Assembly (NCBI GenBank): GCA_964512325.1 | Contig: CAZEGN010000001.1 | Location: 17,517 to 81,516 of the forward strand | Source of the DNA: an uncultured Candidatus Peribacteria bacterium | GTDB lineage: Bacteria; Patescibacteriota; Gracilibacteria; RBG-16-42-10 | Length of the DNA: 64,000 nucleotides | Direction of reading: 5' to 3' | In this document: in pieces, positions 26,728 to 35,349 of the stretch | How positions within the stretch are numbered: position 1 is the stretch's first letter | How the letters are laid out: the number at the start of each line of letters is the position of its first letter | Position numbers and translations under genes: made by a program | Notes under the pieces: generated by a model | What the model saw: only the letters and a program-made list of their open reading frames with translations | Database searches by the model: none | Told to the model about the DNA's origin: nothing

Positions 26728-28767
26728 TTATTTGGCTTCAAAGTCCTCCGCTTGATTACGCATTTGTAACAATTCTTCTGGGTTGGTAGTAATCACTCGG
26801 TGCTCAGCTGCTGAAGCAATAACTTGAATCGCCACATGCTTTCTACCGGCAAAGAAAATACCTTCACCCTGGACTGAGTTCAGCAAGTAATATTGCTCAC
26901 CTTCAGTAAGGTTAAATATCTTTGCTAAACCTGGTATGGCCGATGGTGCTTGTTTAAGCAAAAGCTGCATTGCGGAGTTGGTAATAATTGATTTGCCAAA
27001 ATCACGTGCAATAAAGTCTTCCACATCTTGAGTAATCGTAGTGACCCCCAGATAATACTTACGAGCTCGTTTCACCAAGCCATAGACGAATCGAGCAGCA
27101 TCATCATGCTGTACCATGGTCCAGGCTTCATCTATTACCAATAGACGGCGCTTCAGCTTACTACGCACGACATTCCAAATATAATTCAAAATGATGTACA
27201 TGGCAGTAGGGCGCAATACCTCATCCAAATCACGCATGCTGAACACCACCAAACCTGCCTTTAAGTTTACATTTGTTGGCTTATTAAAAATACCGGCAAA
27301 AATACCAGCAGTATACTGACGCAAGCGTTGAGCAATATCTTCTCCTCCCTTTGTGTCTTGCAATACATCATACAAATCTTCCATAGTAGGAGCCGGAATA
27401 TTACCAGGATTTACTGTATCCATCGTAATGCCTTTCAAGGCATACGTATCAAGCAAAGCCTGATCAACCAGGCCTTCTTCACGAGGCGTTAAATCACCAA
27501 GCATCAACTTCATTAACCCCTTCAAATTGATAATTGCTGTACGCAGAAGGTCTCCAGGCTGTTCTTCTTTCCCTTCATAAGGCAAAGGCAAATCAAACGG
27601 GTTAATGCGTCGATCAGCGTTGAGCGAAACATCCATATAAGTGCCTCCCACCATATCACAAAGCGCTTTGTACTCATTTTCAGGATCGATTACGATGACA
27701 TCTGTACCGAACATCAAACTACGGAGAATTTCCAGCTTCACAGCATATGATTTACCGGCACCAGAAGTGGCAAATACTACGGAATTAGCATTAGGCAAAC
27801 TGAAGCGGTCGAAAATAATCAGTGAGTTATTATGACGATTAATACCATACAAAATTCCTTGGTCAGAGGTGAGCTCAGATGATGTAAATGGGAAAGAGCT
27901 TGATAAAGGCTCAGTATTCATATTTCTGACTACATAGAGCTCGTCAGTCGCATATGGCAAGGTTGAATGGAAAGCTTGTTCCGTACGAGCCTGAATAGAC
28001 TTGATGACCAACAGTTTACCACCCAAAATAGCCTCTAGCTGTTTCCCAAGATTAGCGAGCTGTTTTTCTGAGGTGGTGTAAATTGTAAAATACAGTCCAA
28101 ATTGGAAAAACTTTTCAACACCAGTAGAAATTTTATCACGAAGCTCTTCGGCATCAGACAAGGCTGCCTCTAAAGCAGGGTCGCGAGCTTGCCCACGCTC
28201 TTGTTGAATACGAATAGCAGATTCCATTTGTCCCACTTTGCTTTGCAAGCTGCGTAGGATTTCTGCTGACACAATAGGATAGACAAACATCGAAATATCC
28301 ATGGTCGCCTCCAAATTAATCACTGGAGCAAGCCAGTTTGTTTCTAGGTAACGAGGATAGGCATAAACGACATAGGTGCGAGCGTAGACATCATTAATGG
28401 TCAGCTTGTCATAATCTACTTTCATGCTCGAAGGGGCAATCAGATCTTTCACCGACGCAAGTCCAGCCTCATAAAGCTTTTGTGCTTCATCAAGCCGTTT
28501 TTGTTCAGAGCTCTTCTGTTCCTCACTTTGAGCGGGCGTATTGCGGTTTAAGAAGCTAAAGCGTTTCTGCATGCTAGTGCGTCCCTGACGCTCAGTCTGC
28601 GTCATTTTCACTTGAGCAGTAGTTGCTACTACGTCCGCTTTTGCAGGAGCATTTTGAATTGCCGGTGCCGGCGACTTTTTTTTGCCTACCAGCATCCCTT
28701 TCAGATCTTGGAAAGATCCTTTTATTTGCGCCCAGAATCCTGATTTTTGAGGAGTAGGATTAGTCAT
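26728..28767 (-). CDS. virB4: VirB4/TrbE/PrgJ-family type IV secretion ATPase
   Basis: Walker A VVFATSGAGKSYAVK (about 27749-27772) and Walker B RRLLVIDEAWTMV. VirB4-type N-terminal domain LTINDVYARTYVVYAYPRYLETNWLAPVINLEATMDISMFVYP. C-terminal GVTTITQDVEDF. Confidence 0.88.
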   Translation of the reverse strand: MTNPTPQKSGFWAQIKGSFQDLKGMLVGKKKSPAPAIQNAPAKADVVATTAQVKMTQTERQGRTSMQKRFSFLNRNTPAQSEEQKSSEQKRLDEAQKLYEAGLASVKDLIAPSSMKVDYDKLTINDVYARTYVVYAYPRYLETNWLAPVINLEATMDISMFVYPIVSAEILRSLQSKVGQMESAIRIQQERGQARDPALEAALSDAEELRDKISTGVEKFFQFGLYFTIYTTSEKQLANLGKQLEAILGGKLLVIKSIQARTEQAFHSTLPYATDELYVVRNMNTEPLSSSFPFTSSELTSDQGILYGINRHNNSLIIFDRFSLPNANSVVFATSGAGKSYAVKLEILRSLMFGTDVIVIDPENEYKALCDMVGGTYMDVSLNADRRINPFDLPLPYEGKEEQPGDLLRTAIINLKGLMKLMLGDLTPREEGLVDQALLDTYALKGITMDTVNPGNIPAPTMEDLYDVLQDTKGGEDIAQRLRQYTAGIFAGIFNKPTNVNLKAGLVVFSMRDLDEVLRPTAMYIILNYIWNVVRSKLKRRLLVIDEAWTMVQHDDAARFVYGLVKRARKYYLGVTTITQDVEDFIARDFGKSIITNSAMQLLLKQAPSAIPGLAKIFNLTEGEQYYLLNSVQGEGIFFAGRKHVAIQVIASAAEHRVITTNPEELLQMRNQAEDFEAK

Positions 28768-29479
28768 TTTCAGTTTGGCCGGCTACTTTGGGAAAGTCGG
28801 TAAGATTTAATTGCAACAGATTTTCTACCTTTTGTCCTTGGGAATTAATTGGATTATGTACCTCATAAAGCATTTGAATCAGCTCATGTGTATTTAAGCG
28901 ACGCACATAGAGACCAGAATTGCCTAAAGCAGCAATAACAGAATTCGCTCTTTGATTCAGTGTTTTTCTTAATGCTGAAAACTCTTGCTGACGGATTTTA
29001 TACTCTAAGCCATTGTCTGAAGGATTGAGCTTCTGCATGAATTTTTGAAAGAAATTTGTACTTTTTACACGATCAGACTCATGTGGAATAACGACATAAA
29101 AGTCCTTTTCCATAATATCAGAGTACTCTACGAAACTAGCCACGAAATCAATGTAGTCGAAAGTCTGCTGCTTGAGACGCGTCTCGCTTTGTTTATTGGC
29201 AATTTCATTCATGCGTGTTAAGTAGCCTTCAATATCAAGGCGCTTGGAACGAATGATGATTTGGATAGGAAAGTCCAAAGCATTTAAGAAGCTCTGATAG
29301 GATAGAATAATAGAGTTTTGTTCTTGTTCTGAAAGCAGCTCAAAGTTAACGCTAGAAACAGCCAGTACCGCTCTTACACTGCCATCTTTAAGCACAATTG
29401 TATTGTCCTTAATCTCAGCGATCTTAAGATGCGTTTGTGTGCTGGCCTCGACATTTCCTTTTCTCTGATTTACTGGCAT
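28760..29479 (-). CDS. T4SS-associated protein resembling a stand-alone VirB4 N-terminal domain
   Basis: LKIAEIKDNTIVLKDGSVRAVLAVSSVNFELLSEQEQNSIILSYQSFLNALDFPIQIIIRS matches the pattern at the start of Gram-positive VirB4 homologues. It overlaps virB4 by 8 nt and has no NTPase motifs. Confidence 0.45.
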   Translation of the reverse strand: MPVNQRKGNVEASTQTHLKIAEIKDNTIVLKDGSVRAVLAVSSVNFELLSEQEQNSIILSYQSFLNALDFPIQIIIRSKRLDIEGYLTRMNEIANKQSETRLKQQTFDYIDFVASFVEYSDIMEKDFYVVIPHESDRVKSTNFFQKFMQKLNPSDNGLEYKIRQQEFSALRKTLNQRANSVIAALGNSGLYVRRLNTHELIQMLYEVHNPINSQGQKVENLLQLNLTDFPKVAGQTEND

Positions 29480-29481
29480 AG

Positions 29482-29976
29482 CTATTTCTTTTTTGAATTG
29501 ACTTTAAACGCTGTGTGTAGCATCTCATCATCGCTAGACTCATCGATATCGCTTAAGCCTTCAGTGTCTAATACAGATGTGAGTTCCTTGAGTGAAGCGA
29601 ACTTCTTTGTGGGCTGTTCTATAGGCTTTTCTACCTGTTTAGCTGGCACTTTAGCCGCAGCCAGATCAAAACGCTCAAAAATCGGCACTTCTCCACTGCC
29701 CTTTTCCCAAACACGCAACCGAGGTTTTAGCATATAAAGGGTCATGGCGACAAGAAACTGCGCAAAGCTCATATCATGAATACGCACCAAGGCAAAAGCG
29801 GCAGTAATAGCGACAACAATTGTCCCGAACACAGGTCCAACTGGCGACTCCAAGTAGGCATACATCATATAAGCAAGCCCTCCACCGACAACAGCAATAA
29901 TCAAGCCTGACATAGTCAGAGGCCCGATAATTGTATCGGCTCGCTGTACATTTTGTGGTACTTTGAACTGTGCCAT
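29482..29976 (-). CDS. PrgI-family (VirB3-like) small T4SS membrane protein
   Basis: From Met30: MAQFKVPQNVQRADTIIGPLTMSGLIIAVVGGGLAYMMY, then a second TM GPVFGTIVVAITAAFALV. This is the typical PrgI/VirB3 architecture, and the gene sits directly upstream of the virB4 module. Confidence 0.65.
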   Translation of the reverse strand: MAQFKVPQNVQRADTIIGPLTMSGLIIAVVGGGLAYMMYAYLESPVGPVFGTIVVAITAAFALVRIHDMSFAQFLVAMTLYMLKPRLRVWEKGSGEVPIFERFDLAAAKVPAKQVEKPIEQPTKKFASLKELTSVLDTEGLSDIDESSDDEMLHTAFKVNSKKK

Positions 29977-30049
29977 GGGGGATTTATATATTTGTATCAA
30001 GCAATTATACCACACAATAAGAGCAAAGTTCAAAGAGCAAAACGGAAAC

Positions 30050-30106
30050 AATTCAAGATTCAAGATTCAAAATGCAAAGAGGAATCATTAATTATAGATG
30101 TATCGA
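30050..30106. repeat. composite heptamer-periodic element (homologous to 47366-47435)
   Basis: aattcaagattcaagattcaaaatgcaaagaggaatcattaattatagatgtatc compared with gaattcaagattcaaaatgaaaaatgcaaagaggatacggaggattataaattatagattatc. Confidence 0.8.
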
Positions 30107-30178
30107 AGCATAGAGATCAGAGCTCAGAGCACATGCATCTCGCCTGCAATTAGGATATTTCCTTATTCCTATTCCCTC

Positions 30179-30213
30179 AATTCCGAGCTCAGAACTCCGA
30201 ATTGCGAATTCTT
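30179..30213. repeat. heptanucleotide tandem array (AATTGCG/AACTCCG type, 5 units)
   Basis: Units are aattccg agctcag aactccg aattgcg aattctt. Confidence 0.8.
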
Positions 30214-30366
30214 TTGCATTTCTTTATAAGCTTCCCAATACTGCTACCAGCCTCTCCCAGGCAACTTGTATCGCCCACCACATATCCAGCAACAAGTTCC
30301 ACAAAAAAGTAAGAATTGTATAAAGAATCTCCATAGGATGAAAATTATACTAGTTGCAGTATAGCA

Positions 30367-33300
30367 CTAGGGAGTTCCTCCGGTATTGCCCGCATTGTTA
30401 TTGCCTCCCTGTTGAGCTTGTTGACGTGCCCGCTCTTTTTCGATTTCAAGCTGCTGTCTATTTTGTCTAGCTCTCTCAACGATACCATCTCTAAACATGT
30501 TTAGGGCAGCAGTACCTTCCGGCAATAACTCAGCCTTACCTTCAGCATTAATTGAACCATATTTGCGATTAGCAGCAACCAAGGCCGCGGCAAAGTCTTC
30601 TTCCAAAATCGCATTCATACGGTCAATTTGTGCTTGCGTAGTGGTAATCGCAGCCACATTCTCCAGCACATCATTCAAATGAGTTCGATTAAAGGTATCT
30701 CCTGCAGTTCTATCCTGCGTTGCGTCCACTGCTGGCAAATTGTTGATTAAACTGGCAAATGTTTTGGCAATCATTTGTGGCGCACTTTCAGTGCTTGCAT
30801 TGACCGCACGAGCAAGTTCAGCAGGATCCATTTGCTTAACGTAGTTGCCAATCTTATCATCATCACCATTAGTAAGAGTAATACTACCAACCTTAGCTAC
30901 ATGAGTATTTCTATTAGAAGCAATTAACTTGCGACCGATATCAGACTCTTCCAGCTTAAACTCTGCCCCCTGAGCATCTCTATATACACCTTCTGTGGCA
31001 AGACTACCAATAATTTGAGCAATCTCAGCGCGTTCTTCATCACTGCCATTTTGCATTGCATCACGTAATGAAGAATGCTGTCTTAATAAGCCGAGTTCCT
31101 GTGCCGCCTGGAACACGCCTCCTCTACCACTTGCCGCGTCTCCGTTTAAGTAGCTATCAAAAATGCCTTTATTCTTTAGATTTACACCCCAGATACCAAT
31201 CGAGCTACCAACCTTTTTGTTTAGAGCACGGAAATCATCTTCGCTAAAGTTCACTGCCTCACTAGGATCACGCGCATATTCGCTCATTGCAAGCAACATT
31301 TCGCGCAAAGCCAATCCGGCACCTTCCGGACCATTACTTATCCAACCACCTTTGCCGTCACGAACTCTATCCGCAATACGCCCTGAGGCAAGCACATTTC
31401 CTAACAAACCAACCATTTCGGCAGCTTGCTGATTTTCACGCAGACTTTTTAAGCGCTCAAAGTTAAATGCTGTTTGGCCAGTTCTGGATGCACGAGATTC
31501 CTCTTTTGCTGCTTTATTATTAATAGCGCTATAGTTAGCATCTTCCAAATTATCCAGCACATTATCAATTTCTTCTGGCCTTGTGCCACTACTCATCAAG
31601 AGTTGTTGCAAATTGTCACGCAGTGATTTTTTATTCTTCATAATTTGCTCCAAGTTCAAATCACCACGAGATGCCAAAATGCGTGCACGTGCTAGCAGTG
31701 CCTGCACATCTCCAGATGAAATCGATTCATCCAAACGCTCACGCAAAAGCTGTTTACTGCTAAAGCGTAATGAATCCAGCTTTTCAATTTCAGACACTTG
31801 AGCCTCACGATGCTGTGTCAACAACGCACGCATTTTTTCTTGTCTAGTGCCAGGCAATACACGAGACATGCTATGAGCACGCTCTAGACCAAAACGGGTA
31901 GCACGCTCTTTAGCATCTTTCTGGAATGACTCATACACAGTTTTCGCTCCGGCAGCTGTGTTTGAAGGTGCTGACATAATCCAACCCAAGCCACGCAAAG
32001 GTGCTCCCAGAGGTCCCTTGATATCTCTTAATCTATTACCGGCAGCTTGGCTCAGTCCATAGCTTAAACCTAGACCCTTTTTAGCATAACCAAATGCAGC
32101 GGAAGGACTGCCCCAGCCGGCGACCTTATCAATAAACCCTTGCGCATAATCCCCTTTAGCAGCGGTAAATACACCAGCATAAATCATGGCAACGATGAAG
32201 ATTAACTTCAAATAATCTGCTAACGATTGGAAACCGGATGGACCAAGTTGTGAACCGGCAATCAGACCTGGTTGTTGCAACGCAGGGCTAAAAATCTGCG
32301 GCACGACACTATCAGCAGCCAAAACAGCCAAAGTCATAAAGAAAGCTACACCAACGTGCATCGTGGCATATTTGAAGAATTTGCTCTGCCACTGACCACC
32401 AATACTTGAGGTTAAAGGAGACAGTTTGCTAACCACATATAATGGCGATGTAATTGCTAAAGCCCAAAGCACAATAATACGAATAGTAAAGGTAATCGCT
32501 AAAGCTAAGAAACCAAAAAGCAACATGAATACCATTAGGAAAAGCGCCATATTGGCAAAGAAAAAGTCAATTTGTCGACCGGGCTGATTGGCATTATTTG
32601 AAATCGAATAACGTTGCATCTCCTCAAATTTCAAACCACGTGCCAATCGACAGAGCACACTACCTTCTTTTACATCATCAGGAATAGTGGAAATTCTCCA
32701 GCCTCCGGCGGCTACCTGGCTTGCAGTCAGCTGCGAACAACGAGCTTCAGTACCTGCACCATGAGGTCCCATGCCACCGACTTGATATACCCCAGCCTCA
32801 ACCACATTTGCAGCATCAATAACCAGACCAACGAACAAGCGTGAAAAGTTCACCGCAATGACAATCACAATTAGCTTAGGCAGAATAGTTTTAATTGCAT
32901 AATTATTGATTTCGTATTGGACAATATTTGCAATTGCAATACCTAGCAATGCAAGAATGAAGAACAAATTCACAAAGTCACGGATAGCCATCCACATCGT
33001 CACTACAAATGATGACGTGGTAAATCCGGTGTAGCTAAGAACGGACTGAAATAAACTCATTACCAATGCGGCCAACCAAAAACAGAATTTGATTAAGAGG
33101 GCAAGAATGACATTAATGAAACTCAATATTGCGTTGAGCAATTGATTACCGACATCGACGCCATCCACATCATGTCCAGCCTCTCGATTAGTAATCGTAG
33201 CCTGATCTTCTTCATCTAAGCTCAAACAAGTAGGATTGCTGATACAAGCATCAATACGTCCAATGAGGCTTTGTAAAGCTTGCACTGTCGCTGGTGAACG

Positions 33301-35301
33301 AGCCATGCTGAGTGTTGCTCCTCCTGAAACTGTAACCTCAAATGAGAAGTTGCGTGAAAGAATGAGCGTGAACTCGTTATTAGTATTTGACCCATCAACG
33401 AAGTTAGCTTCATGTTGCAAACACGCTTTCCAACTTGGCAAATTATCTTTGTTGATAGTGTCAGAAAAGAGATTAGGCGAACAAGCATTGAGCAACTTGG
33501 CTAAGAAAGGATCTGTAAACCATGTACTTATGCCTGTAGCGTCACGTTCATCAATTAATAATTCCAAATCACCGGTCGTATGAATAATCGCTCCGACGTA
33601 ATTGGGTTGGTGATCATTGGTAGCTAATGCGTACCACAAACCAATAGCAGCATCTTTAGGTGAACTAGCAAGAGCAGTGCGATCAATATAACTATTTAAC
33701 TGCTCTAAGGCGCTTCTGCGCGTATCAGACTGACCACGGACCACATTTCCTAATGATTGCTGGAAAACCTGAGTATTTTGCTGCGCCGTACTTCCTCCGG
33801 CTGCAGGTGGATTTGCCGCAGGGGGTGCAGGTAGAGGTCGATCTAAATAGGTGGAAGCCTGACTAATGAGCCTTTCATTAATTGCTTTTAGATGTCTTAC
33901 TAATGGTGCACGAACCGCATTATTTAATGTAGTAATGAACACGGCGCTCTCTGTTGGCGCGGTAGCTGCTTGAGCAGAACTAAATTGCACTTGGCTAGAA
34001 TCAAAAACACCAGCGCCAAATTCTAAATAGCCTTCGTATATTGTTTCTTTCAAGAAATCTTCCAAGCTGTATTCAAACTTTTGCACCGCTAAAGCATCAT
34101 AACCATCAGCTAAATCAAGATAATTATCATTACGCAAAAAGTTAACCAACAGCGCACGATCAGCCGCAGGAACAGAAGTAGCTAAACTATTGGTAGCCTC
34201 AATAAGAATACTGGTGGCAAAAGATCTACCATCAGCGGACATGTTCACGCCATTAGTACCACCTGTGTCAGTCAGATGAACTTGATAGCATTGACCTAAG
34301 CGAGTGACATATGTGTCGTTAGGATTAGCTGCAACCTCTCTCTGACAAAGGGCCATTAAGCGTCCAATTGGCCCACGCGTGCCAAATATGCTTTCTTCGG
34401 TGTAATGCTCAGAATAAAAGTTACGGAAATTAACATAGGATGTTCCATTTGAAGCACGAAAAATCGTACCATTACCTTGATTTACGGTCTCAATAAACTG
34501 CTTGAGCGCTCGCATCTTAGCGTTAATTCCACTAGCTCTGGCACGAGCAACATCTGTAGGCTCAGCAGGAGGAGGCATATCAGATCGGCTACCAATATCA
34601 GCGATCATGTACACCATTGCAGCAGCTAAACCACGAGCTCCAAAACTACCCGCACCTAAAACATTCTCTCGAGAAGAACAAAATGGCACATCACCATCTC
34701 CGTTCTCTCCATACCAAGCTAGCCCACGGTAACTGCCTGGCAAATCATCGGTGTTTCTAGAAGGACCTCCTGGCGGAATATCCAAAATCTGACACAATAC
34801 ATCATTAGCGTTACCATCCATCATGGTATCAAACACTTCCCCAATTTCTTCAAAACCGCCCATACCGTCTAACCCCACTAAACTATTCTCACGAAGATAC
34901 AGATCAATAGTTTGAGATTGCGATGATGCGGTTGGCACTGCAGAGCCATAGATACGTTCCATAACGCTATTTGGCAAACCTGCAGCTGTTCCTAGTGCAT
35001 TATTATCAAAAAAGCTAAACAATGGCACCTTGATTACATTTTGCCAAATAGTTCTAGCAGGCTCATCCAAGTCATCACGGTTTAAACATTCACGTATTTG
35101 TACCCAAGTTGTAAGATCATTTTCATCGCTACAGTCATTAAAAAAGCCCGCAAACGTAGAAGAAGAGGCTCTAGCTTGAGGAGTATTTAAGGACACAGTT
35201 GGTAAGCCACTTGAAATGGAGATAACTAACAAAGCGACTAGCACCATCAACTTTTGTAGTGCTTTGAAAAAGATCGAGAATTGCTTGGGGGAGGGAGCCA
35301 T
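30367..35301 (-). CDS. giant VirB6/TrbL-like polytopic T4SS membrane protein with large N- and C-terminal extensions
   Basis: Signal/TM LMVLVALLVISISSGLP. An extracytoplasmic region of about 700 aa. Multi-TM core (about 32270-33160) with LNAILSFINVILALLIKFCFWLAALVMSLF. A hydrophilic tail of about 630 aa ends in QQAQQGGNNNAGNTGGTP. Confidence 0.6.
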   Translation of the reverse strand: MAPSPKQFSIFFKALQKLMVLVALLVISISSGLPTVSLNTPQARASSSTFAGFFNDCSDENDLTTWVQIRECLNRDDLDEPARTIWQNVIKVPLFSFFDNNALGTAAGLPNSVMERIYGSAVPTASSQSQTIDLYLRENSLVGLDGMGGFEEIGEVFDTMMDGNANDVLCQILDIPPGGPSRNTDDLPGSYRGLAWYGENGDGDVPFCSSRENVLGAGSFGARGLAAAMVYMIADIGSRSDMPPPAEPTDVARARASGINAKMRALKQFIETVNQGNGTIFRASNGTSYVNFRNFYSEHYTEESIFGTRGPIGRLMALCQREVAANPNDTYVTRLGQCYQVHLTDTGGTNGVNMSADGRSFATSILIEATNSLATSVPAADRALLVNFLRNDNYLDLADGYDALAVQKFEYSLEDFLKETIYEGYLEFGAGVFDSSQVQFSSAQAATAPTESAVFITTLNNAVRAPLVRHLKAINERLISQASTYLDRPLPAPPAANPPAAGGSTAQQNTQVFQQSLGNVVRGQSDTRRSALEQLNSYIDRTALASSPKDAAIGLWYALATNDHQPNYVGAIIHTTGDLELLIDERDATGISTWFTDPFLAKLLNACSPNLFSDTINKDNLPSWKACLQHEANFVDGSNTNNEFTLILSRNFSFEVTVSGGATLSMARSPATVQALQSLIGRIDACISNPTCLSLDEEDQATITNREAGHDVDGVDVGNQLLNAILSFINVILALLIKFCFWLAALVMSLFQSVLSYTGFTTSSFVVTMWMAIRDFVNLFFILALLGIAIANIVQYEINNYAIKTILPKLIVIVIAVNFSRLFVGLVIDAANVVEAGVYQVGGMGPHGAGTEARCSQLTASQVAAGGWRISTIPDDVKEGSVLCRLARGLKFEEMQRYSISNNANQPGRQIDFFFANMALFLMVFMLLFGFLALAITFTIRIIVLWALAITSPLYVVSKLSPLTSSIGGQWQSKFFKYATMHVGVAFFMTLAVLAADSVVPQIFSPALQQPGLIAGSQLGPSGFQSLADYLKLIFIVAMIYAGVFTAAKGDYAQGFIDKVAGWGSPSAAFGYAKKGLGLSYGLSQAAGNRLRDIKGPLGAPLRGLGWIMSAPSNTAAGAKTVYESFQKDAKERATRFGLERAHSMSRVLPGTRQEKMRALLTQHREAQVSEIEKLDSLRFSSKQLLRERLDESISSGDVQALLARARILASRGDLNLEQIMKNKKSLRDNLQQLLMSSGTRPEEIDNVLDNLEDANYSAINNKAAKEESRASRTGQTAFNFERLKSLRENQQAAEMVGLLGNVLASGRIADRVRDGKGGWISNGPEGAGLALREMLLAMSEYARDPSEAVNFSEDDFRALNKKVGSSIGIWGVNLKNKGIFDSYLNGDAASGRGGVFQAAQELGLLRQHSSLRDAMQNGSDEERAEIAQIIGSLATEGVYRDAQGAEFKLEESDIGRKLIASNRNTHVAKVGSITLTNGDDDKIGNYVKQMDPAELARAVNASTESAPQMIAKTFASLINNLPAVDATQDRTAGDTFNRTHLNDVLENVAAITTTQAQIDRMNAILEEDFAAALVAANRKYGSINAEGKAELLPEGTAALNMFRDGIVERARQNRQQLEIEKERARQQAQQGGNNNAGNTGGTP

Positions 35302-35349
35302 AGATTTTTGAACTTCATATCATTTTAAAACATTTCAAGCCGACAAGCA

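Noticed and set aside
22569-35301. The T4SS-like operon might be part of an integrative conjugative element or plasmid remnant.
   Set aside because: No relaxase, coupling protein, integrase/recombinase, replication or partition gene, or flanking direct repeat is visible in the window. The nearest tRNA genes are 15 kb or more away. The flanks are core housekeeping genes. This cannot be excluded without the whole genome.
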